From Sulfolobales archaeon (GTDB taxonomy: Archaea > Thermoproteota > Thermoprotei_A > Sulfolobales > AG1): a stretch of 64,000 nt of DNA. Below are positions 40,278 through 50,820 of the stretch, piece by piece. A program made the translations under genes and the position numbers. The notes under the pieces are model-generated. The model saw nothing but the letters and a program-made list of their open reading frames with translations. It searched no databases and had not been told where the DNA came from. Where the stretch lies: the NCBI GenBank assembly GCA_038867615.1, contig JAWBYA010000004.1:64001-128000 (forward strand). Direction: 5' to 3'. Position 1 is the first letter of the stretch. Every line of letters begins with the position of its first letter.

Positions 40278-40523
40278 GTGGGAGTTAGAGTGTCGATGAT
40301 ACGGTATGGAGGTATTATCGTAAACATGGCTGGAGTAGTTATGTTTTTTGAATCAGATCCAGAAGTACTTGCAGCAGAGAGAGGGATCCTACCAAGCGTT
40401 GTTAGGAACGACGAGCCAGATAGAGGAGACATAGATCTGGTGACAGAGACCAGGAAAGACTACCCAAGGCTTGTCAAAAAGAGCCCAAGTATGGAGGCCA
40501 TCATAAGGAACATAAAATCATAA
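40278..40523 (+). CDS. Small hypothetical protein
   Basis: ORF follows an AT-rich promoter-like region; no motif recognised; start uncertain. Confidence 0.4.
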   Translation: MGVRVSMIRYGGIIVNMAGVVMFFESDPEVLAAERGILPSVVRNDEPDRGDIDLVTETRKDYPRLVKKSPSMEAIIRNIKS

Positions 40524-40609
40524 CACAGACCATCCGGCGTTTTTGAGTATTACAACACAACAACACATTAAACAACAGGGATCTCGATACTCAATATAAG
40601 CTAAGTAAA

Positions 40610-40651
40610 AATACCCAACGGTGAAATAGCTAAAAATCCAGGGACAAACAG
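40610..40651 (+). mobile_element. Isolated family B right end (copy B4)
   Basis: ATCCAGGGACAAACAG at 40636-40651 versus ATCCAGGGACAAACGG in copy B2. Confidence 0.45.
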
Positions 40652-40654
40652 TAG

Positions 40655-41038
40655 TTGGAGGAGCTTTTAATGCATAATGAGGAACCTATGGTAGGCGACT
40701 GTCTCGGATATCCCTGCATAGATCTGGATCTCAACGACGCAGAGAAGATCCTCAGCATACTAACAGAACGCCTTGGATACGTGACAAGCGATATCCAGGA
40801 TACACTGAGGATCATAGAGAACTTTGATGAGAGCTATAGATATGCGGTGAAGAAGTTCAAAGAATATCTAGTACCAGTAAAAAGCGAGAGCGACCTGATA
40901 AAAGGAAGGGTAGTTATAGATAGGGTCAAGCTGACCAGGATAGGCAATAAGAGAAGAATCCTAATAGTTTTTGATAGGCGTGTAAAGAAGGAGCTATTAG
41001 AAGAAGCGCTCTCAATTCTGAAAGAACAAAAAAGGTAA
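40655..41038 (+). CDS. Conserved crenarchaeal hypothetical protein
   Basis: Genome-typical codon usage; KKFKEYL.P...GRVVIDRVKL...IVFDRRV looks conserved; function unknown. Confidence 0.7.
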   Translation: MEELLMHNEEPMVGDCLGYPCIDLDLNDAEKILSILTERLGYVTSDIQDTLRIIENFDESYRYAVKKFKEYLVPVKSESDLIKGRVVIDRVKLTRIGNKRRILIVFDRRVKKELLEEALSILKEQKR

Positions 41039-41534
41039 CACAGAAAGACGCAAAATAATATAATACCAACCAACAAAGTTCATAAGCCACACATGCTATA
41101 AGCTAAGCCATCGATAGGGTTAGCGAGCTCTAAGCCACATAGATCCCCAGGATCCTATTTCGGAATACGATTCAACCCTGGATAAGAGAGATCGGAAGGC
41201 AAGAGCAAGGTTTGGTTAAAAACCCGCACATTTCATCGATCATAAAGATCGTAACACGGCATCACTCGCTATAACCTATGACTACACAATAACTCCCAAA
41301 ACTTCTCTGATCTACGCGTTGCCGAAACCACACCACATAAAACAAATAGCCCCAACACACATCAGGAGATGAAAGTAGAAATTCTACACCAACATACCCC
41401 AGCTTTTCTCCCATGCTTTATGCCTTGATCACTAAAGGTAATACTATATAAGCCATTATGAAGCAAGATAACCGGGCTAAGAGCATTAATACTTTTTCTC
41501 GCAATCATATTTAGAGAGGCTCTAGAGCCTCATA

Positions 41535-44459
41535 GTGGGGGATTATGGTTATATGAGTCGGAATCCTCATACAAAGCATAGTGAGGAGAAGGGACTTCTT
41601 AGATATTATAATAAGGAGAAACGGCTTGCTAATAATACCGAGGATCTAGATCCACGTGCCATTGAAACTAATAGAAGATCTGGAGGTGGTAATGAGCAAC
41701 ATAAATACGATAAGCGCGATACAAGAAGGATATCTGGGCTTGATCTATATCTAGTACAGAGAAATTCCGCAAGCGCTGATAAGGTAAGCAACAATGTCCA
41801 CGCAGGCGAAAGTCCTAGTGTTATAACACATTCTAAGGATCATAATATGGCGGGCTTTAAACCCAATAATGTCGAGGATCCTGCAAGGAGCCCTGGTATA
41901 TCAAGCGTTGTTCATGAACCCTCTGATCTCGATCCTAGGTTATTCGAGATCCAGGAGGCTGTAGATCTGGAGGGCTATATAATGGAGGTAACATACGATG
42001 GATCAACATCCAAAGCTGTAATCTATGTCTATGTTGAAGAGGATGGGAAGCTATATAAGGTATATGACAAGACTGGACACAGGCCTTACTTCCTAGTAGA
42101 TCTTGATCCTGAGAAGGCGAGGGAGATAGCTGGGAGGAGTCAGGATGTAGTTGATATATATAGGGTTGAGAAATTCGATCTTCTATCTAATAGGAAAGTA
42201 ATGCTCACAAAAATAGTTGTGAGAGACCCCCTCGTTGTTAGAAGACTCAGAGACAAGTATCCAAAAACCTGGGAGGCAAATATAAAATATCATCATAACT
42301 ACATCTATGACAACCAGCTAACACCAGGGATGAAATATAGAGTGAAGGGCTCTAGATTTGACCCTATAGTAAATATAGATATGGATAGGGTTAGAGAAGA
42401 GATCTCAGAGATCTTTAGCGGCGAACCCGAATACGTGAGAGAGACAGCTATTAAATGGTATCCTATATTCGAGGCGCCGCCGCCGAGGGTTAAGAGGGCC
42501 TCATTAGATATAGAGGTATATACGCCAACAAAGGGCAGGATACCCAAGCCAGAGACTGCGGAATACCCGATAATAAGTGCAGCTATATGTGATAATAGTG
42601 GGAAATGCAAGGTATTGCTCCTTAAGAGAGGAGATGGAGAAGAGCTTAGAGCCCTCAGAGAGATCGAGAAAGAAGGTGTAGAGGTCGGGGTTTTCGGCGA
42701 TGAAAGAAGCCTCGTAGTAGCCCTCTATAGAGAGATAGCGAGATACCCTGTTATAATCACATTCAACGGTGATAACTTCGATCTACCCTACCTCTACACA
42801 AGATCAAGGAAACTGGGTCTCCAAAAGGAAGAGATACCAATAATGATTAGAGAGACCCATGCTACTTTCAAACACGCGCTCCATATAGACCTATATAGGT
42901 TTTTCAAGAACAAGGCTATACAGAACTATGCATTCGAGGGTAAATATAAAGAGCACACACTAGATGCCGTTGCACAGGCTCTTCTAGGGAAGGGGAAGCT
43001 GGCTAACGAGGAGGGTGTAGGCTCTATGAGCATTGACGAGCTGGCTAGGTATAACTTGAGGGATGCGCAGCTAACGATAGAGCTGACGACATATTCGAAA
43101 GAGCTTCTATGGAAGCTCATAACACTTCTCATGAGGATAAGCAAGCTCGGGCTGGAAGACGTTACAAGAACCCAGGTGTCCACATGGATCAAGAATCTCT
43201 TTTACTGGGAGCACAGATCCAAGGGGTATTTGATACCCTCAGAGACAGATCTATCTATCAAGAAATCAAGGAAAGCCACAGAGGCGACTATAAAGGGTAA
43301 GAAATACGCCGGCGCAATAGTGATCGACCCACCGCAAGGGGTATTCTTCGACGTGGTTGTTGCTGACTATGCATCGCTGTATCCTAGTATTATTAAGAGG
43401 TGGAACCTAAGCTACGAGACCGTAGATCCCCCGGAAGATATGTGTAGCAAGCTAGAACCCATAGCTGATGAGAGTGGTAACGAGATACACCAAGTATGCA
43501 TGGACAGAGTTGGGATAACATCTGTTATGATAGGGCTTTTGAGGGACTTCAGGGTCAAGATCTATAAGAGGAAGGCTAAGGATAAATCGGTTCCAGAGGA
43601 GCTGAGAAACTGGTACGATGTTGTCCAGAGGGCTATGAAGGTATATATAAACGCATCCTACGGCGTGTTTGGGCATGAAAAGTTCCCACTCTACGCACTG
43701 CCCGTGGCTGAGAGTGTGACAGCTATTGGTAGGATGATAATAACCAGGAGTCTTAAGAAGGCTGAGGAGCTGGGGTTAATGGTACTCTATGGCGATACTG
43801 ACTCTCTATTCATATGGTCGCCAGATCAGGGGAAGCTCGATAATCTTAGAAGCTGGATCCATGATAACTTCGGGCTAGAGCTAGAGGTTGACAAGAGGTA
43901 TAGGTTTGTAGCATTCTCGCTCAAGAAAAACTACCTAGGGGTTCTCCAAGATGGCTCTGTCGATATAAAGGGGCTTGTTGGTAAGAAGAAACACGTACCG
44001 GAGTTTGTTAAAGAGGCGTTTGCCGAGGCTGTGGGCAGGCTTGGATCTATAGAGACGCCCCAGGATATAATGAGGATATCAAGCTGGCTTAGAGATATAC
44101 TCCAGGATATATATAGAAAGCTGAGGGATAAGGAATATACGTTAGACCAGCTGAGCTTCAAAATGACTCTTGGGAAGCCTTTGGAGTCTTATACCAAGAA
44201 CACACCGCAACATGTAAAAGCAGCCCTAATGCTAGCTAGAGAGGGAGTGAGCATCTCCCAAGGAGATAACATATTGTTTGTCAAGGTTAGGGGTAGGGAG
44301 GGTGTTAAGCCTGTCCAGCTGGCGAAGGTGGGCGAGATAGATCTTGAGAAATATATAGAGAGCCTGAGATCTGCTTTTGAACAGATACTAGCACCTCTGA
44401 GCATAGAGTGGGAAGAGATCTCTGGCCATATGAGACTATCAGACTTTGCACATGCATAA
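41535..44459 (+). CDS. polB1: Family B DNA polymerase PolB1
   Basis: Exo DIEV and FNGDNFD; pol DYASLYPS, KVYINASYG, YGDTDS, KKNY; WEANIKYH N-domain typical of PolB1. The start is uncertain. Confidence 0.96.
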   Translation: MGDYGYMSRNPHTKHSEEKGLLRYYNKEKRLANNTEDLDPRAIETNRRSGGGNEQHKYDKRDTRRISGLDLYLVQRNSASADKVSNNVHAGESPSVITHSKDHNMAGFKPNNVEDPARSPGISSVVHEPSDLDPRLFEIQEAVDLEGYIMEVTYDGSTSKAVIYVYVEEDGKLYKVYDKTGHRPYFLVDLDPEKAREIAGRSQDVVDIYRVEKFDLLSNRKVMLTKIVVRDPLVVRRLRDKYPKTWEANIKYHHNYIYDNQLTPGMKYRVKGSRFDPIVNIDMDRVREEISEIFSGEPEYVRETAIKWYPIFEAPPPRVKRASLDIEVYTPTKGRIPKPETAEYPIISAAICDNSGKCKVLLLKRGDGEELRALREIEKEGVEVGVFGDERSLVVALYREIARYPVIITFNGDNFDLPYLYTRSRKLGLQKEEIPIMIRETHATFKHALHIDLYRFFKNKAIQNYAFEGKYKEHTLDAVAQALLGKGKLANEEGVGSMSIDELARYNLRDAQLTIELTTYSKELLWKLITLLMRISKLGLEDVTRTQVSTWIKNLFYWEHRSKGYLIPSETDLSIKKSRKATEATIKGKKYAGAIVIDPPQGVFFDVVVADYASLYPSIIKRWNLSYETVDPPEDMCSKLEPIADESGNEIHQVCMDRVGITSVMIGLLRDFRVKIYKRKAKDKSVPEELRNWYDVVQRAMKVYINASYGVFGHEKFPLYALPVAESVTAIGRMIITRSLKKAEELGLMVLYGDTDSLFIWSPDQGKLDNLRSWIHDNFGLELEVDKRYRFVAFSLKKNYLGVLQDGSVDIKGLVGKKKHVPEFVKEAFAEAVGRLGSIETPQDIMRISSWLRDILQDIYRKLRDKEYTLDQLSFKMTLGKPLESYTKNTPQHVKAALMLAREGVSISQGDNILFVKVRGREGVKPVQLAKVGEIDLEKYIESLRSAFEQILAPLSIEWEEISGHMRLSDFAHA

Positions 44460-44462
44460 ATG

Positions 44463-44514
44463 AATCAGAAACACGAGCCCTCTTCACTCCTCAGGGCTGC
44501 GGCTTCATCATCGA
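44463..44514 (-). ncRNA. Box C/D methylation-guide sRNA
   Basis: Minus strand: ATGATGA-AGCCGCAGCC-CTGA-GGA-GTGAAGA-GGGCTCGTGTTT-CTGA, i.e. C, guide, D', C', guide, D with canonical spacing. Confidence 0.85.
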
Positions 44515-44626
44515 TAAAGGATCTGCTAGGAAGCTTATATAATACGGATCCATATATAACGCTCGCCAGCCTCGCATACCGGCTATGCTTTTTCTCCTCC
44601 CAAGATAATCATATCCGGGAATTATC

Positions 44627-45379
44627 ATGTTCAGGATAGCTCACGGCGAGGGTAGCTTTATAAAAAACGTGTTCCAGGCAGCATTAGCACCCCTCGATAC
44701 AGCCCCCCTCTACATTAGATCCGACTTCCTAGAGATCCGTGGTCTCTCGCCAGATAGACTTATAATGAGCATACTCACCATATCGAGCATCATGTTTGAG
44801 GAGTATCAGCTAAGCAGAGAAACATCGCTTCTCGTAGATAAAGAGGAGCTTCTAGCATCGTTTAAGAGGCTCTCGAGGAGGGATAAGGTTGTTCTCAGCT
44901 ATGAGGACGGCTCAAGAGATCTCAAGGTCCTGCTAATAAACACCAAAACAGGGGCTGAGAGAGAGTTTGCCGTCCAGATCAAAGAAGAGAATATAGAGCC
45001 TGTAGGCGATATACAGCTCGATCTAGAGGTGGAGGCCCAGATGAGCGGAGACGTCTTTACAACAATAGTTAAAGACGCGGCAATAGTCGGGGACGAGGTC
45101 GAGTTCAGAGTCTCCGGGGATACTTTGAGGATAGTATCTAGGGGAGAGGATAGAGAGTACCAAACAACATTGGCAAGCGACAAAGGCCTCTTATCACTCT
45201 CATCAAGTCTTGAGAACGTCTCTTCCAAGTATTCCATAGATCTTGTAAAGCAAGTTGCAAAGGCAGTAGACCCGGACTCGGTAGTTATAATCCAGTACGG
45301 ACCCAACAAGCCCCTAAAGCTCAGACTATCGCTAGGAGGGGGTGCGTCGCTCACCTACTGGATAACTCCAAGGGTATAG
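44627..45379 (+). CDS. pcn: DNA sliding clamp PCNA (second, divergent paralog)
   Basis: RGLSPDR.IM, SKYSIDL, PLKL, YWITPR; 250 aa. Confidence 0.85.
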   Translation: MFRIAHGEGSFIKNVFQAALAPLDTAPLYIRSDFLEIRGLSPDRLIMSILTISSIMFEEYQLSRETSLLVDKEELLASFKRLSRRDKVVLSYEDGSRDLKVLLINTKTGAEREFAVQIKEENIEPVGDIQLDLEVEAQMSGDVFTTIVKDAAIVGDEVEFRVSGDTLRIVSRGEDREYQTTLASDKGLLSLSSSLENVSSKYSIDLVKQVAKAVDPDSVVIIQYGPNKPLKLRLSLGGGASLTYWITPRV

Positions 45380-45692
45380 GACTGTTTCTTTTCAATAAAC
45401 TTTGGGATTTTGTAGCCTTTAGAAACAGTAGCGCCCAAGTAAACCCTTAAATGCTTGGGAACCGTGCTCCACCAATGCTCTAGAGAAAGATCGATTGAGC
45501 CTCTTGTTCTGGTTAACATATAACTGTCATAACCCGACGGAAACAGAGACCCACGGTATAGACTACGTAAAGATTCTTAGATATGTTAAAGAACAAAACC
45601 TCTGGGAACGAGTGGTGATATATCATAAAAGGCATAGGATCCTTTTCTGCTATGATATCTTGATACATATTCAGATCTATTGTTAGTGAGAG

Positions 45693-46364
45693 TCAGCATG
45701 ATATCTCCTCGATGATCTCTCCTGTACCGAGAAGAGAGGCTATAGTCTCCCATACGCATCTCTCTGCATCTAGACATGATGATGTCGAGGAGCTGACTAT
45801 GACCAAGGCATCTTCTTTTTCTCCACACAGATCAAGGATCCTAGCTCCAAGCGGTGTCCTACTCATATTTATATCAGGTTTTCCAGCAGTATCGAGTATA
45901 TATACCTCGTTTCCTTTTACCCCTATTATCAGAGCACCAAGACAACCGCTTCTTACGATCATGTCCCTTATATTTAGGATCCCTTTAGCCAAGACCTCGC
46001 TGGATCTTGATTCATGTATACATGATATAGAACTAAGATCCCATGGTGAAGGATCCAGCCTCTCTTTAACACATACAGAGCCAGTTATAATACTCCTCCA
46101 CTTTGCTAGCACCCTATACCCCTTGTCTGTTAGGTATGAACCACCAACAGGGTCGGTTTCAATAAGCCCAGAGGATCTCAGACACCTCACAAGAGACCTA
46201 GAGGAGCCTTCACCTATGCCAAGCTCTCTTGAGATAAGAGCCCGCCCAAGAGGGCCCTTGATGCTCAAAAGATCTAGAAGTTTAACAGCATGGTAAAAGC
46301 TATACCCCCTCCATCTCACCCTCGTTGTAAGAATCCTTGCTCCCTCACCAGTCTCCATATACAC
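45693..46364 (-). CDS. Winged-helix protein (DUF2111/DUF4443-like)
   Basis: GPLGR.LIS.ELGIGEGS.R..V..L wHTH; IRD..VRSG..GALII. Confidence 0.7.
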   Translation of the reverse strand: MYMETGEGARILTTRVRWRGYSFYHAVKLLDLLSIKGPLGRALISRELGIGEGSSRSLVRCLRSSGLIETDPVGGSYLTDKGYRVLAKWRSIITGSVCVKERLDPSPWDLSSISCIHESRSSEVLAKGILNIRDMIVRSGCLGALIIGVKGNEVYILDTAGKPDINMSRTPLGARILDLCGEKEDALVIVSSSTSSCLDAERCVWETIASLLGTGEIIEEISC

Positions 46365-46558
46365 CCCAACAATACGATCTATTTGATGAAATAAATTTAA
46401 AATTAACCTGTAACCGGGTTTGAGAGACCTTGTACCAAGTTAGTTCTGTCTATATATAGTTAGAAGTAATAGTAATCAGGGCTATCTAAAGTGTTTACAA
46501 GACGCAAGCCAAATAGCACCAAGAGAACCGTGTTATTCTAGTAAAGGCTTAGGTTTAG

Positions 46559-46632
<74 letters not shown>

Positions 46633-46993
46633 TATTTAGATAGATAGCCAGCGGGATTATAATTATTATTTACCCTTATAGTTATATTTTTACCTAGCAA
46701 TTTCGATCGATACGCAGAGGCTGGGTGTTCTTCGCAACTTGCTTTGATTAAATTAAGAAATAAGGTTCATCAATTATAGGTTTCTTCTAATCAATCGTCC
46801 CAAGAGAATCTATAAGGAGGAGCCATGTGCAGGAATCACCCTGAGTGTGTGAGGAACTAATGATGGATGCCTGAGATCTATAAAGCTATAAGTGGTTATT
46901 ACTAAACAATGCTAATCTAGCATGAAGCTCGAACATATTCTAAGGCTTGTCGTCCATATTCTCTAGATAAGCTAACTAACTTTTGGTGATATT

Positions 46994-47782
46994 TTGGAGA
47001 GCTATCTATGGAGAGAACTGAGCTGGAGAGAGTTTGAAGAGCTATGCGGTGGTGGAGATTGCTTCGCAGTTATACCCTGCGGATCTATAGAGCAGCACGG
47101 CCATCATCTACCCTTGGGTACAGATCTCCATATAGCAGTCTCTCTAGCTAAGAGGGCAGTCGATGAAGCCTGGAAAGCTGGGTATAAGGTGCTCCTGCTA
47201 GAGCCTATACCAATTGGTGTGTCAGACATGTGGTCTGGTAATCCAGGCACGCTTTGGATCCCATTAGAGGTGTTTATAGCATATGTTAGGGAGTATGTAC
47301 TCTCGGTCTTTAGAAATAATATCAAGAGGGTGGTTGTGATCAACGCACATGGCGGCAACACAGACCCGCTTAAGGTTGCTTTGAAAAGCGCTACCAGCTC
47401 TCTTGATCCCAGCTATAGGGCTTACCTGATAAACTACTGGGAGTTTGTTGGAGATGTTATAGATAGCGTGTTTAGCAACAGATTCTTCCACGCAGACGAG
47501 GCTGAGACCTCGATAGCAAGCTCGCTAGGGCTGGGGGTAAAGATCCCTGGAAAGGAGATCCCTTACGAACATATCAAAAGACCCTATAGTGATACGTGGC
47601 ATAGCCTCTCACTAAGCAAGAGACCAAAGGTCTATTTCTTCTACAGAGAAGGAGCAAGACTTGAAGTAGGGGCGTTCAACGAGCCGGGGAGATACTCTGT
47701 AGAAGGTGGTGAGGCTGTTGTCAGGGCCTTTATAGACCGCTTCCTAACCCTTCTCAGGGATATTAAGGAGAACAGGCTATGA
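46994..47782 (+). CDS. Creatininase-family amidohydrolase
   Basis: GSIEQHGHHLPLGTD, PGTL, NAHGGN, HADEAETS. Confidence 0.92.
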   Translation: MESYLWRELSWREFEELCGGGDCFAVIPCGSIEQHGHHLPLGTDLHIAVSLAKRAVDEAWKAGYKVLLLEPIPIGVSDMWSGNPGTLWIPLEVFIAYVREYVLSVFRNNIKRVVVINAHGGNTDPLKVALKSATSSLDPSYRAYLINYWEFVGDVIDSVFSNRFFHADEAETSIASSLGLGVKIPGKEIPYEHIKRPYSDTWHSLSLSKRPKVYFFYREGARLEVGAFNEPGRYSVEGGEAVVRAFIDRFLTLLRDIKENRL

Positions 47783-47803
47783 TGGTATCTATCTAGGCCT
47801 CCC

Positions 47804-48973
47804 CTAATGCTTAACCAGCTTAGCTATAAAGAACCCTTCAGACTCATGTATATGTGGAAATGTCCTCGAAACCTCCCCTGATATCTCGTAGACCCCATAT
47901 CCGCCTGAGGCATTGATCCTGGGTCTCGCTAATAGGCGACCTGCTGACCTTATGATCTTTAACACCACCTCCTCACCTTCTTCTGGAAGTAAGGAGCATG
48001 TTGAATACACAACCTCGCTGCCAAGATCTATGGCTCTTCTAAGCAGATCCTCCTGGATCCTGGAGTAGTACTCAACCTTCCCCCTCCTGATCAGGTGTAG
48101 CCTCACAGCAGGTTCCTTAGCAATTGCACCTGACGATGAACAAGGAGCATCTAGAAGAACCTTGTCGAAAAGCCGTGGTGAAGAGAAAAACCTAGAGTCC
48201 GTCACAGCTATATCCATACAGCCTGATACTCCTAGCCTTCTCACTAGATTCCGCATGGCCAGAACCCTCCTTTTAGAGAGATCTAGAGCAACGATCCTAG
48301 CCCTCCCCTCTGTTAACATCGCTATCAATGAAGCCTTCATACCCGGGGCTGAAGTCATATCGAGAATCAGATCGCCTGGCTGTGGTTCTAAAGCCTCGAC
48401 AACAAGGCATGAGGCCTTATCCTGAGGAATAGCTATACCCTGTTTAACGGCTTTTAAAAGCCTTACCGGCTTCTTAGTATCTATTATTTTGTATAGATAC
48501 CACAGATCCCTATCCCTCTCAACAACGGCTTCCTCCTCAAGAACCCTGAGGATCTTCTCCTCAGAAGCCTTTATAGTATTTATCCTAAGCCACCTAACCC
48601 TCCTATCGAGAGACTCCATGAGAGCGTCTACCTCACCACCGAGCAGGGATCCTAGCTCTTCGTAGAACCATTTGGGTACTGAGTATCTACACCAGGGATC
48701 CAGGTTTCCCCATACATATTGATCTTTATTCAGCTCCATAGAAACAAAGATCCTTGCCAGCTTTTTTCTCGAGGCTTTGGGATAGAGGCATCTCAACATG
48801 ATATAGCGTGCCACGAACCTCCAAGCAGCATTATATACCCTCTCCCTCTCCTCCAGGCTTTTCGCACATATCCTTCCCCTACATATTTTTTTAAAAGCCA
48901 CATCTACTGAGAGGCTCTTATTCTCAACAAGATATAAAGTTCTTGAGAGTATATCAACTAGATCCAATGGCAA
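47804..48973 (-). CDS. RsmB/NOP2/NSUN RNA m5C methyltransferase
   Basis: QDKAS, DMTSAPGMK, LLDAPCS, YSTCS, EGFFIA. Confidence 0.92.
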   Translation of the reverse strand: MPLDLVDILSRTLYLVENKSLSVDVAFKKICRGRICAKSLEERERVYNAAWRFVARYIMLRCLYPKASRKKLARIFVSMELNKDQYVWGNLDPWCRYSVPKWFYEELGSLLGGEVDALMESLDRRVRWLRINTIKASEEKILRVLEEEAVVERDRDLWYLYKIIDTKKPVRLLKAVKQGIAIPQDKASCLVVEALEPQPGDLILDMTSAPGMKASLIAMLTEGRARIVALDLSKRRVLAMRNLVRRLGVSGCMDIAVTDSRFFSSPRLFDKVLLDAPCSSSGAIAKEPAVRLHLIRRGKVEYYSRIQEDLLRRAIDLGSEVVYSTCSLLPEEGEEVVLKIIRSAGRLLARPRINASGGYGVYEISGEVSRTFPHIHESEGFFIAKLVKH

Positions 48974-49020
48974 CCATGCCCAGTTAAAAATCTACATCTA
49001 ATTTATAATTGATCGATTAT

Positions 49021-50097
49021 CTATACTATCTTTATAGCCTCACCGCTAGATAGATCTATAACTCCGCCCGCTCTTTCAATAGCCAGGTCGAAGCCTACAG
49101 ATGTTATCACCTTCATATCCATCGAGGTTCTCCTAAGAATCTCTGCCATCTCCCTTATAGCCTGATAGTACGGCTTCCCAATATCCTCCTTCAGTGTCTT
49201 CTCAACGAATCTCGTTACGTGGTTGTAGAACTCCTCGCCAAGGGATAGGGTGGTGAAAGCCTCTATCACATTGCTCTTCTCAATACTCTCTATAGATCTC
49301 TCTAGAGATACTTGGAAGAGGTCTAAGAGCTCCTTAAGCTCGCTTATCCTCTTAGAAGCGCTCTCGAACTCCTCGGGCTTGAGGCTCTTGATATAGAGGG
49401 CTATGTTAGATATAGCATCGCCTATGAGATCCAGAGACCTGGCTATGCTTCTATACCTTGGTAGCATATAGCTCTTCACCTCAAGAAGCCTGCCATAGGA
49501 TCTATCTATCTGTCCGAGGAAAGTTTGTCTCATGGAGAGCATGTAGAACCTCTCAAGCTCTCTCCTAAGCTCTAGGATTTCGTCTACGAAGTGCACCTTT
49601 CTTTCAACAATTAGGTGTCCGAGATACTGGATCATATACTTGATCAGGTTGGTCATCCTCGATATCACGCCTGCTATCGAGTGCTTCGACGGGTCGACAA
49701 AGATCTGTATCACAACCCTTGTTGGAGTATGATCTATAATCTCGGCTCCAATGAGTTCCTTGACAAAAACCCTTAGCGTCTTAAGCTGCTCCTCCTCGAG
49801 ATAGCCATCAACAACCTCTACATTGATCGAATCGTAGCCAAGGCTATAGGCAGCCCCAAGGCATTTCTCTATAAGGGAGCTTTTAGTATACTTAGATATC
49901 CTTAGTGTCATTTTCCTTTCTCTCTCAACTCTTGTAAAAGCAGGGTATATCCTGAGCGACTTATCCTCCTCAATCGTTATCGTTACAGTATCGCCGGGCT
50001 TTAAACCGATATCCCTAACCCACTCTGCTGGGAGTGATACCATAAGTGTAGATCTACCGAATCTCTGAACCCTCCTAGCCTCTATCTCGCTACTCAT
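49021..50097 (-). CDS. AbrB-PhoU phosphate-uptake regulator family protein
   Basis: N-terminal RRVQRFGRSTLMVSLPAEW AbrB domain, AYSLGYD, helical PhoU-like repeats. Confidence 0.85.
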   Translation of the reverse strand: MSSEIEARRVQRFGRSTLMVSLPAEWVRDIGLKPGDTVTITIEEDKSLRIYPAFTRVERERKMTLRISKYTKSSLIEKCLGAAYSLGYDSINVEVVDGYLEEEQLKTLRVFVKELIGAEIIDHTPTRVVIQIFVDPSKHSIAGVISRMTNLIKYMIQYLGHLIVERKVHFVDEILELRRELERFYMLSMRQTFLGQIDRSYGRLLEVKSYMLPRYRSIARSLDLIGDAISNIALYIKSLKPEEFESASKRISELKELLDLFQVSLERSIESIEKSNVIEAFTTLSLGEEFYNHVTRFVEKTLKEDIGKPYYQAIREMAEILRRTSMDMKVITSVGFDLAIERAGGVIDLSSGEAIKIV

Positions 50098-50820
50098 TAT
50101 ATCCCCAATAATAATTTGTTTTAAGAAGATTTAAATATACACATATTGGGAGATATTATAATACTCATTCCCGATATTTCTAACATAAATTAGATCCTCT
50201 TGTGTTAATACGCAGTATTACAGGAAAGCACCAAAATATGTGGTTAATTAGTATTAGACCTATCAAAATAACTTAAACGAAACCATGTCTTGCATACTAA
50301 CTAAACATAGACACCCACCTATACCATAACATACTACACAGGATAACCCGTCGACAGACCTAAGAATTCACAGTACTATAGAATCCCATAGAATTAAAGC
50401 TTAATTGCTTGGCGCCTCTCACCAGTTAGATTGATATAGAGGTATTAGCCATTTAGAGGACTCTAGGACAAAGAGCCAACGACGCAGGAAACTTATTGAT
50501 AGCCTCCGAAGAGCCGGCTTTTGGTACCTACCACCAAATAATAATGGCATCAGGCATAAAGAGACGTAAGCTCATAGATCTTCATAGCTATTAGGGACAA
50601 TGAAAACGATGAGAACATATCACAAGCTGCTAGAAAATAATATTATTTATCGAGAATGCATTGTTAGCTAATAGCAACTCACTATTCAGAGGTAGAGAAA
50701 TATACATATAGGTGTATAAAACGCTGACTATTACTGCCAAAACGCTTAGAGCGTGTGGAGAGAGACTCTAAAAGGCATTTAAACCTTATATTTAAACAAT
50801 ATTCGGCTGAGGTTCATAAT

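Noticed and set aside
41535-44459. Intein in PolB1 (the ORF is long)
   Set aside because: The polymerase motifs are contiguous, with no intein C/S...HN junctions; the extra length is N-terminal.
46815-46876. CTGA...GTGAGGA...CTGA, a partial C/D-like layout
   Set aside because: No clear box C and atypical guide length; too weak to call.
50357-50400. GAATCCCATAGAATTAAAG and CCTAAGAATTCACAG, CRISPR-repeat-like words
   Set aside because: Single degenerate instances with no regular spacing.
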